The translations under genes and the position numbers were made by a program. Of a stretch of DNA of 64,000 nucleotides, positions 12,707 through 27,569 are shown piece after piece (the first letter of the stretch is position 1; the number at the start of each line of letters is the position of its first letter). Below the pieces are notes generated by a model. It did not search any database. It had not been told where the DNA came from and saw only the letters and a program-made list of their open reading frames with translations. Source of the stretch: Octopus sinensis. Its lineage: Eukaryota. The stretch lies in contig NC_043002.1 in assembly GCF_006345805.1 (NCBI RefSeq), positions 22,382,001-22,446,000 on the forward strand, given 5' to 3'.

Positions 12707-13619
12707 ATTCTGCCAGCTTGCCGCATATAATTGCTCCAGCAGAGCCATGTTTTCTAAACAACAATAACACATAGAGCAAAATCAGGAGCCGCACCAATGT
12801 CGAAAATTAAACCAAAACTGGAATCCCTAAGTGATCTCCCTGTCTGTCAAAACTACTGACCAAATCCTTTTAGAGTCAAACGTTAATAACAATCAACAAT
12901 AATAGTTATCAAAGAGTACAAGCAGCAATTTGAGCGCGAAAAAGAAATAAGGCTCGAGAAACCTTTTTAACGATAACGGGTTCGAATCTCGGCAGCGAAC
13001 CTGTTGCTTCTTTTTTGCCTCAGATTAGTAGCTATTATGACTAATATCCGTAGATATCTTTGGAGTTAATTTATTAAACAGATAACATTTACATTAAATA
13101 AACATCGTATGTCAAGCCACAAAATATTGAAGTGGAATGAAATACAAACATGGAAGCTGGGTGGGTTTGATGGAGGCGACATCTGGCGGTACGCATGTCT
13201 GATAATCGAATTACGTCACTGAATATATATTTTATTTCCTTATCGGATTCTACGAGCAATTCTTTAATTGTGCCTACGTGTTAAGTCGCTTAAGGATATC
13301 TTATACGCTCCCCATATCTATTTGTGCGAGTGCGTATGTATGTAAATAAAATGTATACATACATAGAAATATATTATATATAATATATGATGCGTGTGTG
13401 CGCGTGCGTGTTTGTGTGTTTTTGTATCCATGGTGTATTTTTGTGTGCGTGTGGGGGTAAGGGGTGCGTGTGTGTGTCCGTGTGTCTGTATGTGTGTTTA
13501 CTGGTTTCGCCAACAGAGGAAAACTTATTACTGTCTGTAAACATGGCACACACGTACCACATTAACGAGATACATCAAAGAAGTAAAGACATTGAGCAAC
13601 ATTGCCCTTAGCCCTAATG

Positions 13620-13950
13620 ACAGTACCGATGCGGCCACTGAAGAGACGATATGCAAGGTTCAGGCAAACTCCACCTATGCCATTCACCACCCCTGCTATA
13701 CCCACCATTTTCACAACGCCAGTCAGAGGAAGTCGGTAACTTGACGACGTTTTAAACCCATAAATCTGGGGGTTCAAATCAGGTTGAGCTAAGAGAATAT
13801 ATGTTGAGAGCCTCGTGATGGCAAAAGCATCTGGTCTCAGTGACTATGTGTGACTGAGTAGAGTCCTGCTGGAACATGTGGGCCTCGACTGCTCAGTAAT
13901 TGCCCTTATGTATAATGATTAGCCAACGAAAGTTATGTTCCGTAGGCTTC
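13620..13950 (+). pseudogene. Probable downstream (thumb) part of an RTE RT, opposite orientation
   Basis: Weak frameshifted matches: ATEETICKV (cf. TETKIKVY), TTLLY, R*LD (cf. RKL), LGVQ (cf. LGIKW), LEHV (cf. WAGHV). Confidence 0.4.
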
Positions 13951-13965
13951 TCTTATGGTAAAAGA

Positions 13966-14291
13966 GATGAAGGCACGTGAATAAATGGTTAGGGTATTTG
14001 GCTAACATCGTTAGGTCACGAGTTCGATACTTGGAGATGCGTTATACCCTTGAGCAAGACACTTTATTTCTCGTTGCTTCAGTCCACTCAGCTGGCAAAT
14101 ATGAATAGTATCTGTATTTCAAAAGGCCAGCCTTCTCATATTCTGCCTTACACTGAATATCCCTGAAAACCACATTAAGATTACACGTTTCTGTGGAGTG
14201 CTCAGCCACTTGTATGTTAATTCTATGAGCAGATTGTTCTGTTGCTTGGGTCAACTGGAACACTCGTCGTCGTATACGTTGGAGTGCCAGT
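13966..14291 (+). mobile_element. SINE family B with 13-bp TSD (partials and relatives: ~22064-22179, ~51405-51500, ~54480-54648, ~59300-59360)
   Basis: TSD TTATGGTAAAAGA at 13953-13965 and 14292-14304. Confidence 0.85.
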
Positions 14292-14309
14292 TTATGGTAA
14301 AAGATTATT

Positions 14310-14815
14310 AGTTATTTAGTTATGACTGTTACCAAGTAAGGAGGGATACCGAGAACAGTATCATGCAGCAGCAAGAGATGACATCTGCTTTCTGAATGTT
14401 AAGCATCGGCAGTCTGTAACTGTTGCCGTAGATCTTTTGGCGTGTGAACCACCAGAGCACCCTCGTCAATATACTGTAGTTGAATGATATATTCATATTT
14501 GCATTTGGTGGTGGCCTGCGGTTCTCTGATGTTGAAAAGGCTTCTGTCGAATCGAAAGTTTATATCCGACACACGCTTGCCCTTTTATCCTTCCTTGGAA
14601 AACTGTTGTCACAGACAAGAACAATATCGAACAGTACAGGAAGCAGCATGAAACCTTGTATTATTCCTATTTTTGTACTGAACACCTCAGTTTTCATCCC
14701 TGTAACAGAGCCTATCATCTCTGAGGAACTGGCATAGCTTTACAATTCAGGGCGGACAGACAAACCTTCTAAGAACATTCTGAAGAATTCGATCATGTAA
14801 AAAGTTCTAATAGAT
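14310..14815 (-). pseudogene. Decayed RTE-clade LINE reverse transcriptase (core RT)
   Basis: KTEVFSTKIGIIQGFMLLPVLFDI (cf. GVKQGCVLAPTLF), RFDRSLFNIREPQATTKCKYEYIIQLQYIDEGALVVHTPKDL (cf. RTDGKLFNLRRLQAKTK..LLFADDCALVAH), LNIQKADVI (cf. LTISxKKTEV). Confidence 0.75.
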
Positions 14816-15045
14816 CTATAAATAGGCATAAGCATGCGCTTCTGGTAAAGAAGCATGCTTTGCAGCCAAATAGTTCTGAGTTCAATCCCACAACAGAATA
14901 ATCTATATGTCTTCTACTGTAGTTCCAGCCCAACTAATGCCTTCTAAGTGAATTTAGTAGACTGAAACTGTCTAGGTTCCTTCTCTTTCCATATATATAC
15001 GCACGCGTGCGTGTGCGTGCGTGTGTATGCATGCATGTATGTATG

Positions 15046-15611
<566 letters not shown>

Positions 15612-15953
15612 AACAGAGTCAGCGGTTATAGTAACCGACAATGAGATAATAAAATACCTGTGTTATCTCTGGGCATGGGTATACAGGCATACTACGCTCG
15701 TAGAGTACAGGTAATAATAGAATAAACAAAAGTTTATCAGGAATCAAATTTAAATAATCAGAAAATGGAGAAAACTTTAGATCAACAAATCAATTGGACC
15801 ACATATGTAGCTTATTATTCGATACAAAACATGACATAACAACATTTATGTGACATGAAAATTCTTACGGCCATTTCCGCTTCTGACGTTAGTCAGTGCC
15901 TACAAAAGAATTGTGAAAATAATATCCTTCATCTTCATAGAATATTCGAACTA

Positions 15954-17239
15954 TCAGGTCATCCCATAAGTTCTGTCCGAATTTTGAATAAAGAAAACAA
16001 GTGATCAAATGATATATTTAATTGAAACTTAATCATCAATGTACTTTCCCTGATTATCTATGATTTCCTTCCATCTATTTACAAACTTTTTAATCCCATC
16101 AATGTAAAACTCTTCTGGTTTCAAAGCGAACTCTGAAATGCCAGTTTCGACCTCCTCCTGGCTTGCGAAAGCTGTAATCCCAAAATGATTCTGTAAACTA
16201 CGAAACAAATGGTAGTCTGAAGGAGCAAGGTCTGGAGAATAAGGTAGATGAGGATTTTTTTCCCAACCAAGCTCTTCGATTTTCTGTGATGGGAACTTTA
16301 CAGTGTGGGGTCGCGCATTGTCCTGATGAAACATCACTCCATTTCAATTCACTAAAGCGGGTCTTTTTTTCTTCAAAGCTTGGTTCAAACGCTCTAATTG
16401 CTGACAGTAGACTTGAGCATTGATTGTTGCATTGGGTGGTAATAATTCAAAGTGAATTACTCCTTTGCAATCCCACCAGATAGAGAGAAGAACCTTTTCC
16501 CCACGAAGTCCCTTTCTCAGTTGTGGTTGAGCCTTTTCCCTTTTAACAAGCCACTGTTTGCCACGTTTAACATTTCGATAGAAGATCCATTATTCGTCAC
16601 CAGTCACAAATCTATCTAAAAAGGGTGAAATGAGTTCGAGGGAATGGAGAGAAGAGCAGATGTCAACTCGAGATTTGCGGTTGCTTTGGGACAATTCATG
16701 AGGCACCAAATTTCCAAGTTTAGGAACCGTTCCAAGTTGTCGAAGATGACGATGAACAGTTGTATGGTTTGAACTAAGCTTTATTGCCAATTCTTCAATT
16801 GATAATGCAGGATTTTCTTCAAGTAATGCCTCAAGGAGCTTATCATCAAACTCAAATGTACGTCCTGTTCGATCTTCATCTTCAAGGCTGAAATCTCTAC
16901 TTCCGAATTTTGCAAACCATCTTCTGCAAGTTCTTTCATTCAAGCATTCTTTCCCTTAAATTGAGTGTATGTTTCGAGTCGCTTCGGGTGCAGAGTTTCC
17001 TTTTTTGTACTCATAAAACATTATGTGCCTTAAATGCTCTTTGGATACTTTCATGTTAGCAAGGGTTTTAATCAAAGAAATTTAAATTCTATTATTCTGT
17101 AAAATAATAGTTAATTAGTTTAAATGTACACAAATGCATAAATATAATTTTTAATTCCATTAGACATTCTAAAATACTATTAAATTTCATTCAATTTAAA
17201 AAAAAGGGAAAATCGGACAGAACTTATGGGATGATCTGA
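15954..17239 (-). mobile_element. Full-length (1286 bp) mariner transposon, inactive
   Basis: TIRs TCAG(G/A)TCATCCCATAAGTTCTGTCCGA at both ends; TA target duplications at 15952-53 and 17240-41. Confidence 0.95.
16029..17054 (-). pseudogene. Mariner DD34D transposase pseudogene
   Basis: MKVSKEHLRHIMFYEYKKG, LVPHEL (WVPHEL), VTGDE*WI, HQDNARPH, YSPDLAPSDYHLF; internal stop codons. Confidence 0.92.
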
Positions 17240-17605
17240 TAGAACGTGGAGCTTCATCAGAGTGAATACAAAAGCGCCCAAAAAAGAAAAGGAAGAAGGA
17301 ATAGGAAAGAAAACATGACCTAGAGAAGATGGCAACTACTAGGGTCGATAATAGCGACTAAACGTCTTCTTCAAATTCCTGGTTTTGTGCCAAAACAGGG
17401 AAAGAATTATCTACGTATAAATTTTGTATTTAGAACAACATTATTCAATGTGCCCTTAGAAAAAAAAATGTAGAGTGATGTTCGAAGATGATTTGTCTGC
17501 TATTTCTATGTGACCAATGAGGGGCAACGAAAGGTTCCGTGTTTCGAATGTCTGTCCAGCATGACGGATGACATAAAGGGTCACCACCACCACCATCACC
17601 ATCGC

Positions 17606-17653
<48 letters not shown>

Positions 17654-18352
17654 TTACTACTACTACTTGATATAAAGGGCTGTGGGTCATAAATGTCACA
17701 AACATCTGCTGTACGTCACGTGGTATCTGCTCTGGAGAACAGGCCTTTTGCACATTATAATTTTATTTCGCTCATATATAATACATAAATAATAAATACA
17801 TAAGCATGCTTACACAGACACAGACACACACACACACACACACACACACATTCATATACGGGCGCAACTGATATTTTATAGCATTTAGATTTTGGTGTAT
17901 ACTTCACCAACCATCAGCATATGATCGCACGCGCATGCGCACTCACGCATTAAATTCTTCCATCGTTTATACGTATATATGAGGGGTCGCTGAAAAGCTC
18001 TTGGCTTTGGGTAAAAGAAAATACAGGAGGATCAGTTAACTATCTGGGACATGAACCTTCACTAGATATGTATATGTAACATTTTGTCAATGTAGCCTTC
18101 CCTCATTCTATGTATCTGTCATCTTATTCAATCATTATTCACGTTAATCCCAAATGTCTATCCTCTATTTCTATTATGTACACTTCATTGATGAATTTTA
18201 ATAACATGGAAACATGTCCGGCATTATTTTTATAACCTAAACGATTATTCTCACACCTCACCAAATTCCATTGTTTCTACTGAGGTTTATTTTTCACCGG
18301 AATGTTTATGCGGTTATGTATTTCTTCATATATATATATATATGTATATATA

Positions 18353-18445
<93 letters not shown>

Positions 18446-18600
18446 TAAGTAATTAAGGGTTTGCAACGATTTGCCTCACCACACACCGAATTTAGAAATA
18501 GCAGTCAAAAAGTTTTGGCTATTCTTTCTACTTAAAAAGGGAGATCCCAGATAAAACCAAAGCACTTAAAAAGCAAACGACGCGGCAAAAGAGAAATAAA

Positions 18601-18642
<42 letters not shown>

Positions 18643-18645
<3 letters not shown>

Positions 18646-18885
18646 ATCCAAACAAGAAAACAGAAAAAAGAGAAAAAAAACACAGCACGCGAGGACGTGG
18701 AACAATTAAAGTATTATTGACGCTAAGGAAAGAAGGGAAGGAGGGATTAACGTTTCGAGCGGAGCTCTTCGTCGGAAACAAGGAGGGAAGATCCAAGAAG
18801 GGAAGACAGAGGAAAATATTTTTGCTGTTGTGCTCAGAGAAAGGGAGATTATATACGCTTATAAATAGTTTATATTTTTACATAT
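18643..18885 (-). mobile_element. Family D TA-embedded repeat with minimal HHR motif (18745-18779)
   Basis: Minus strand GTTT CCGACGA A GAGC-TCC-GCTC GAAAC GTT AATC. Flanked by (TA)n. Homologous to four other copies. Confidence 0.6.
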
Positions 18886-18902
18886 ATATGTATAATATAT
18901 AT

Positions 18903-19267
18903 ACTCTTCTACTCTTTTACTTGTTTCAGTCATTTGACTGCGGCCATGCTGGAGCACCGCCTTTAATCGAGCAACGCGACCCCGAGACTTATTCTTTTTG
19001 TAAGCCCAGTACTTATTCTATCGGTCTCCTTTGCCGAACCGCTATGTAACGGGGACATTGTCAAGCAATGCTAGGGGAACAAACACAGACACACAACACA
19101 CACACACATATATATATATATACATATATACGACGGGCTTCTTTTCAGTTTCCCTCTACCAAATCCACTCACAAGGCTTTGGTCGGCCCGAGGCTATAGT
19201 AGAAGACTGAACCCGGAACCATGTGGTTGGTAAACAAGCTACTTACCACACAGCCACTCCTGCACCT
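18903..19267 (-). mobile_element. SINE family A with two internal deletions
   Basis: Alignment to other copies; lacks ACTTGCCCAAGGTGCCACGCAGTGGGAC near 19207. Confidence 0.8.
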
Positions 19268-20078
19268 ATATATATAATATATATATATAATATATATATG
19301 CATATGAATATATATACATATATATGTTTGCATACATATATATATGAATATATATATATATATATATACATACATACGTCAACATATGTATATATTATGT
19401 AATTTTTAAATATATCCGCGTGAGTGTGTCAATAAATACGAGCGTATGTGTGTGCGTGTGTGTGAATGTGTGTGTTTAGTGCAATGTAGGTATATATACC
19501 GGTGCAGCAAAAAAAGTGGTCGCATTTAAAAAGAAAATAACCGGAAAATGGTAGTTAATATATCATCGACTATACAGAGATGTTACAACACTTCAAGAAT
19601 TGCCACGTGTGGTTCTCATCAAAGTTCGTTCACAAATAGTAATATACTCTATCAATAATCAATGTAGCGTGCATTCTCTACGCATATAAATATCATTATA
19701 ACATGTTCTGTGTATAAACTGTTACGATGAAACATCAACACAAATGTTATTGGATACATTTTCACTACATTTATTTCGTATGGTTAATATACATATAAAA
19801 TATATTTACAGTTTTCATGTAATAAAAGATACATATTTACTTATACACACTTATATGATTTACATAACAAGCTTTGCACATATACAATGTACGGTGCAGA
19901 TTTCTCTTCGTTGATTCGTTTTGTAAACATAGTTGGAATGACATACATATCCGTGGTTTTTACTATAGATGTGTAGTTTCGTGTTAAATTGAATAAATAT
20001 TTTTTACTGTAGCGCATTTTATAGCCGCCAATCAAATTTCCACACCCAACACTCCTTAATGTGCTAAATGTCAAATTA

Positions 20079-20153
<75 letters not shown>

Positions 20154-20159
20154 CTTCTA

Positions 20160-20435
20160 ATATAAGGATAAATTTTATTCAAAAGTTTTATCAGTTGTGG
20201 CCAGCATATGAAAAATACCTTTTAAAGTGAAAATTATAAATACAATTATGAATAAGGGTAAAAAGAAAAATAATTTCTTCGCCGATATGCTGAAAAATAC
20301 ACGGTAAATCGCCTAACAACATAAAATATTTTCACTTATATTATTGCACCACGTTTCGAAAAGAGGGAAGCATATTTTTCAGCATATTGGCAAAGAAAGT
20401 CTTTTTCTTTTTGCTCGTAATTATAATTTTAAATA
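20160..20435. mobile_element. TA-embedded fold-back element
   Basis: 20260-20299 and 20373-20412 form a 40-bp inverted repeat with 4 mismatches. The minus strand has CTGAAAA...CGAAACGT, a degenerate HHR-like core. Confidence 0.45.
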
Positions 20436-20517
20436 ATATATATATATACATATTTCGTTATAGATTGGTTTGCAAGATTTTGTGTGTTTGAAGCATATTC
20501 TATTGTACCAGAAAGCA

Positions 20518-20550
<33 letters not shown>

Positions 20551-22179
20551 TATATATATAATATATTATATATATATATATATATATTATATTATATATA
20601 TATATATATATGTATACATGTATAATATATAACATGTATATGTATATATACATATAATGCATATATAAATATATATACATAAATATATACATATGCACAC
20701 ATATTTATATACATACACACACACATACACATATATGTATGTATATCCATTTACATATATGCATATATATATATATATATACATACATACATATATATAT
20801 GTACGTATATATATACACGTTATATCTGTTTTTGTATGTATTTGTATAAATTTCCGTTTATATAAATATATATACATATACATACATAGAGAGATGCACG
20901 CACAAACACACGCTCATGGACACAGTCACACACAACACACACACACACATATGGAGCAAATCGTTCATAAACTAGAAATCCCCAGAATTTCAAGAAAGGT
21001 CAACTTAGAACTAGAACCACGCGAACACAAGCGATAGAAGGTCCAAAATCACCATCCGTGTCATACCTATATCATCAGCTGGCAAACGGATATCATTATA
21101 GTTTCGACACGTGTGTAGTGCCTTTCAATATGGCGTTGTCAACAGTGTTAAATAAACAGGCAAGAAAGCGGGAGCTAAACATTAATGCAGTGTGTCCATT
21201 ACGTCTACACCTGCATATTGTTTCAAGTACACATTAAATCACAAACATAAATCGTTATATGGCTATAGCTACGAAGCATAAAAAATTAAAGCATAGAATA
21301 CAGAAAATAGAGCAATATCATCAGAACTGACATTGCTATCCTTAAAATTATAGAACTTAAAAGCATAAAACATTAAAACAAAACATCGAAGTAAATGTAT
21401 TGAGCAAAATTTATTGAACATTGTAGAACATACACGCTGCAAATACATAAAACGGAAAATATTATAATCTCAGGAATGATCAACTTAGATGTGTAAACAC
21501 GTAGATTAATTAAATAATATATGCCAATAAATAATCATAGTTATCAACTGTGTGTGTATTTACACACACATATATATTTATGTATGTATATGTATGTACA
21601 TTTATGTATATTATGTATATTTATGTATGTATATGTATGTACATTATTATACAGTAAAAGCTCGCAGAACGAGTGCACCATCGTGCGAATAATTTGCTGT
21701 ACTAGCCGAGTCTCGTGTGAATATTTGTATTGAAATACAAGCGGAAATCCGCAGTACGAGCACACAAATAATCCCATCTTTAAGGTAATTTACTTAATAA
21801 AACCCGTTTACATATTTCTTTTGCATTCTCTTTTTAATAATTGTCATTTTACTTGTAACTACACCTTTTCTGTTTTAAAACCCATAAAATATTATTTGTG
21901 AGTGGTTTTGAGGGGCTGGATTAATTACATTTTAGTTAATTTCAATGGAGAAAATTGATTTGTGAAACTTATAAATCGTAAGAGCTCGGTCATAGAACGA
22001 ATTAAACTCGTACTACGAGGTATCACTTTACAGATTATTTTGTTAAAGCTATTTCTACAGAAGTGGAGGCGCGTGGCTTAGTGGTTACGGTGTCAGCAAC
22101 ATGATCGTAAGATTGTGGTTTCGATTCCTGGACCGGGCGACGCGTTGTGTTCTTGAGGAAAAAAAACACTTCAATTCAC

Positions 22180-22279
22180 NNNNNNNNNNNNNNNNNNNNN
22201 NNNNNNNNNNNNNNNNNNNNNNNNNNNNNNNNNNNNNNNNNNNNNNNNNNNNNNNNNNNNNNNNNNNNNNNNNNNNNNN
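22180..22279. other. Assembly gap (100 N)
   Basis: Run of exactly 100 N joining two different SINE fragments. Confidence 0.99.
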
Positions 22280-22616
22280 ACACCTTCATCGGTTGTCAAG
22301 CGATGGTGGGGGAACAAACACAGACACAGAAATACACACGCGCATATATACATATATATATATAGATGCACGACGAGCTTTTTTCAGTTTCCGTCCACCA
22401 AATCCACTCACAAGGTTTTGCTCGGCCCGAGGTTATAGCAGAAGACACTTGCCCAAGGTGCCACGCAGTGGGACTGAACCCGGAAACATGAGGTCAGGAA
22501 GCAAGCTTCTTACCACACAGCCATACCTGTGCCTTATATATAAAGGCGGTGCTCCAGCATGGCCCCAGTAAAATGTCTGAAACAACTATATATCCATGGA
22601 CGTATGCATATATATA

Positions 22617-22732
<116 letters not shown>

Positions 22733-24128
22733 GTATGTGTGTGCACATGCATGTATGTGTGAATGTATGTATATATCATGTATGTATTACATGGTTTAAT
22801 CAGAGGATGAAGAGCAGCCCTTGTAAGCTTTTTGAGGGGCCTCAAAGACAAGCGTGCAAGAGGATACTGATAAACTCAAACCGTAAGACTGGGCCGATCG
22901 TTTACAATACAGTGAATTCTGCAAAATTCACTCATAGCTCCTGTAGTGTTGTGAAGTTCGGGTGAATGATTACCTATGGTCACCTGTGAACCACAATCAA
23001 CAACTTTCACATATGAACTTGGTCACCTATGAACCTCGATCAACGACTTTCCCCCAAAGTTTTCCTTCACCAATTTTCACTATTGGTGTTGAGCAAAATG
23101 GCGATCGCAAATAATAGTAGAAGATATTAGTTCAAAGTGCTGCTAAATGGGGCCTTTGTCGAAACCAAGTAATTGTAGAGAAGTGAACCTGTACATCACA
23201 CATGTCTAAATTGTTATTATTAAGTCATTAAAATATGAAAACGCTATTTATGAATAAATCTATGCTGAAACACACACGCATATATATATTGACATATATA
23301 TATGTGAATGTGTATGAGTGTATGTGTGTGTATGTATGTGTATGTGTGAGTGTTTGTGTGCGTGTGTTTGAATGACTTCTGTTCTTATATGTGTGTATGT
23401 GTATATGCATATATGCCAGACTATATGTGTTTGTTATTGTGGTTCAATGTTTACATAAGCAATTAATATAACTTCGAAAGCTGTATATACTAGGAATATA
23501 AATATATTTAATGGAATTTATATATACATATATATGTTTCATGTTTCTTAATGTTCTCTATGAGCGTACATAAAATCTGTATCCACATACTTTAGTATTG
23601 TGAGAGAGAATGTATGAACATGTACACATGTGTGCGTGTGTATGCATGTATGTATGTATGTATGTATGTATGTATGTATGTATGTATGTGTAAGTATGTG
23701 TACGAGGGAGAGAATGAGAAAATGAGAGTAAATGTGTATCTGTGTGTTACTGAGGCTGCTATTTCGAAGCAAGCAAAGCAGCGAACTAGTAAAATCATTA
23801 GCATCACGGACAAAATGCTTACAGACATTTCATCCGTCTTTATGTTCTGAGTTCAAATGTTGCAGAGGTCGAATTTGCTTTTCATCCTGTCAGGGTCTAT
23901 AAAATAAGTACTAATCAATATAACTGCTAAGCCCCTTTTCCTAAAATATTTCACGCCTTGCAGCTATAGTACAATGGATTATATGACAGCAGGTTAGCTC
24001 TGCAAGCTGGCAGAATCGCTGATAATCTTGTCCCGGCTCTTTACTTGTTGAGTGTAAATCACTTCAAAGTCAACAGATTTAGTGTTAACTGGATATGTGA
24101 TGCATGCATATTTTATATATAATAACAT

Positions 24129-24297
24129 AGGCGCTGGAGTGGCTGTGTGGTAAGTAGCTCGCTTACCAACCACATGGTTCCAGGTACAGTCCACTGCGTG
24201 GCACTGGGCAAGCTTCTTGTTATAGCCTCGGGCCGACCAAGGCCTTGTGAGAGGATTTGGTAGACGGAAACTGAAAGAAGCCCGTCGTATATATATG

Positions 24298-24329
<32 letters not shown>

Positions 24330-24566
24330 TATGTGTATGTATGTATGTATGTATGTATGTATATGTTTGTGTGTCTGTGTTTGTCCCACCAACATCGCTT
24401 GACAACAGATGCTGGTGTGTTTACGTCCCCGTAACTTAGCGCTTCGGCAAAAGAGACCGAAAGAATAAGCACTAGGCTTACAAAGAATAAGTCCTGGGGT
24501 CGATTTGCTCGACTAAGGGCGATGCTCCAGCATGGCCGCAATCAAATGACTGAAACAAATAAAAGA
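24129..24566 (+). mobile_element. SINE family A, full length
   Basis: Internal (TATG)n. Confidence 0.85.
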
Positions 24567-25446
24567 ATTCATTATACGCCATATATAGTTGCAGTGAAGT
24601 TCGTTGCATCTCAGATGACTACCAGATGAAACAAAAGACCTCAAGCTATTTTATGAGACATCTGACAGACCAACACTATTGTTCATTATTTCACTTAAAT
24701 AATGATTTCTGACATAGGTACAAAGTATGGAATTAAAGAGAAGTGGGGTTACTTAGATTTAAGTAGTCTGTATATGATATACTCTATTTCATTAATTTCA
24801 AACATGACCAGCAGCTCAGTCGACTTCGGAAACCTTTAAGTTTTTCCTCCAGTCGACTTCCAACGTCTTTAACTTTCTTTCGTCCAGGTTAGATAAAATA
24901 GATATCAGTCAAGTGCGGGGTCGATTTAAGCAACAATACCCTTAGCCTAAAATTTTAGGCCTTGTTGCCTGTGCTAGAAATAAAGCGGATTATATCTGCC
25001 CTATGACATTAATTAATGCAAAGTTTGAGGTTTTTTTTCGTTTTTGGCCTTGGTGTTATCAAAGAGGTTCGACGTTGATCCATCGGAGTTTGGATAAATT
25101 CAACCCCATGCGATACATCTTAGTGAGTTCAGAAAAACAAATCATCATCATCATCATTATCATCATCATTATTTTTAAGAGGACGTGAAGCTGGCCATAT
25201 CGTTAGCGCACCGGAAAAAAATTCTTAGCGGCATTTCGACCGTCTTTATATTCAGAGTTCGAGTTCTGCCGTGGTCGACTTTTCCCTTTCATCCTTTCGC
25301 TGTCGATAAACTTATGGAACCAGTGAAGCACTGGAATCGATATAATCTACTTATTCCTATCCCACTAAAATTTCAGGCTCTATCGTCCTCCATGTCTTGG
25401 GCCCTTGTGTCCAGAACAAGAAATCATCGTCGTCGTCGTCATCTTA

Positions 25447-25504
<58 letters not shown>

Positions 25505-25512
25505 TATTATTC

Positions 25513-25553
<41 letters not shown>

Positions 25554-26744
25554 TGTAGTAGTAGTATGTGGACAGCAGGCTGGCCGAATCGTTAGCATGT
25601 CAGACAAAATGCTTAGCGACGTTTCTTCCAGCTCTATTTTCCGTGTTTCAAATTCCGCCGAAGTCAACTTTCCCTTTCATCCTTTCAGGACCGATAAAAA
25701 AAAAGTACCAGTCAAGTACTAGGTGGATATGTTCGATTATTTTCCTATCCTATGATCGGAGATATTCCAGACATGACGATTCCAACTCTTTGTTTTACAA
25801 GGAGCCGGGGATCAAATTAGCAAGCGTGTTCATTTTTAAAACAGAGGAGTGTGATTTAAGGGAGATTTACCTATTTCACTTTGGTTGACCCCTACTACAA
25901 TTCAATGTTTAAAAATCCTATCATATTTTTGTAATTAGATATTATTGGGTATTGTATAAAATATTGCTCATGTATTGTAGAAGTATAGCAAATATATTGC
26001 ACAAATTTTAACAACTTATATGGACCCCTAAATGTCAAGTGGACCCCAGTTGAAGACCATTGGATCAAACCGTTTAAAGTAGTGACTGAAGCACTTGAAA
26101 CAAATAAAAATGAGAACAACATCAACAATAACGATTTTTTAGTATAAGGGTATACAATAGAGATAAAGTAAAGGTCCTTCCAGAGTTATATAGACTCACA
26201 GAGCCGCATCCCCGGTTTCCATGGCGTATATAGTCTCCAGCACAAACCATTAAGCCACACGCTTCCACAGACAATATACCCGAGCAGGGCATTGACCCTC
26301 AAGGTCGGAACAAAATACCTAAACATAACTGAAAGACATGACCATGTGTAGTTTTAGTTCGGGGCTTGGCCTCAATATGGTTCATCACAAAATCACCAAG
26401 TCATCAGTACAATAGTCGTCTATGTACTCTGATGGTTTTTTTTTTTTCACGAAAATCGAGACGGAAATTACTGCGTTGAGTAACACAGGATATCAGGAGA
26501 CTTTTACTGTAAAACAAAAATATGATATATTAAACCTTCTATTCCTTCCGGCACCTAACGTTCTGACTTCAATTTCCGCTGAGGTCAAATTTGCCTTCTT
26601 TGTGTGTGTATGTGTGAGTGTATGTACGTATGTATGTATCTAGCTATCTGTCTATCTATATCTATATATATGTACATATATATATATATGTATATACATC
26701 TCTCTCTCTCGCTCTCCCTCTTTATATATATATATCAATAATAG

Positions 26745-26975
26745 TAAAGGGTAAAATTAATTAATTATCTAGTAATTAATAATTTCACCAAGTAGAATTC
26801 GGCATGAAAAAGGACCATTTTTCGGGTTATTTTAAGCATTTTGTTTTTGTCCGGGAGTCTCTTCTTATAGTAGAAGAAATAGCTAAGGTTCTTTGGCTGC
26901 TATTTCTAAACATCGGTATGTGGTAAAGCAAATCTCTGCTGAACCCCAATAATAATTATACTTGTAATTATAAAA
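26745..26975. repeat. TA-embedded repeat family E (inverted homolog at ~18445-18600)
   Basis: Shared TTTAAG(C/T)..TTT.GTTTT.TC.GGGA...GCTATTTCTAAA..CGGT.TGTGGT.A.GCAAATC. Confidence 0.6.
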
Positions 26976-27207
26976 TATTATATATATATATATATGAAAA
27001 ATGCATTATACACTAAAAATACGTACACATAGGAGAGACACACAAGGACTCTAATTCTTCATCAGTGATCGACGAAAATACAAATATACAGTTAAAGCAT
27101 GAAACGGTGGATAACTGATATATATATATATATATATTAGTTTCAGCTCAGTGCTGCGGCCATGCTGATGCACCGCCGTTTTGTATATATATATATATAT
27201 ATATATA

Positions 27208-27365
27208 AATAGTAGGGAATATGGAATTCCAAACTTACAGGGAAAAATTCAATTTAGCAATACTAAATCAAATTTTACAATATATATATATAATTAAGAG
27301 AAATAACCTCTATTAAGTAATTTAATTGATAGTGAAAGATATTCTAAAAATCACAAATTTAAATA
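27208..27365. repeat. TA-embedded repeat family F (related: ~32786-32850, ~33035-33090 inverted, ~53005-53160)
   Basis: Shared TAGGGA.TA...AACTTACAGGGAAAAATT.A.TTAG and TAATTAAGAGAAATAACCTCTA. Confidence 0.55.
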
Positions 27366-27509
27366 AACATGTTTATTTAATTTTGTGATTTTATTCATAT
27401 ATGCATTTATACATTTATATATATGCATATATGTATATATATGTATATATATATATATATATATACATATATATGCATTTATACATTTATATATATGCAT
27501 ATATGTATA

Positions 27510-27569
<60 letters not shown>

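Noticed and set aside
12950-13000. GGGTTCGAATCTC as a tRNA gene
   Set aside because: B-box-like only, with no cloverleaf; no true tRNA genes were found, and tRNA-like heads belong to SINEs.
23095-23103. YY1-like AAAATGGCG
   Set aside because: Short motif expected by chance; no other promoter evidence.
26005-26065. hAT-like terminus (CAATGGTCTTCAACTGGGGTCC on the minus strand)
   Set aside because: No matching second TIR or 8-bp TSD found.
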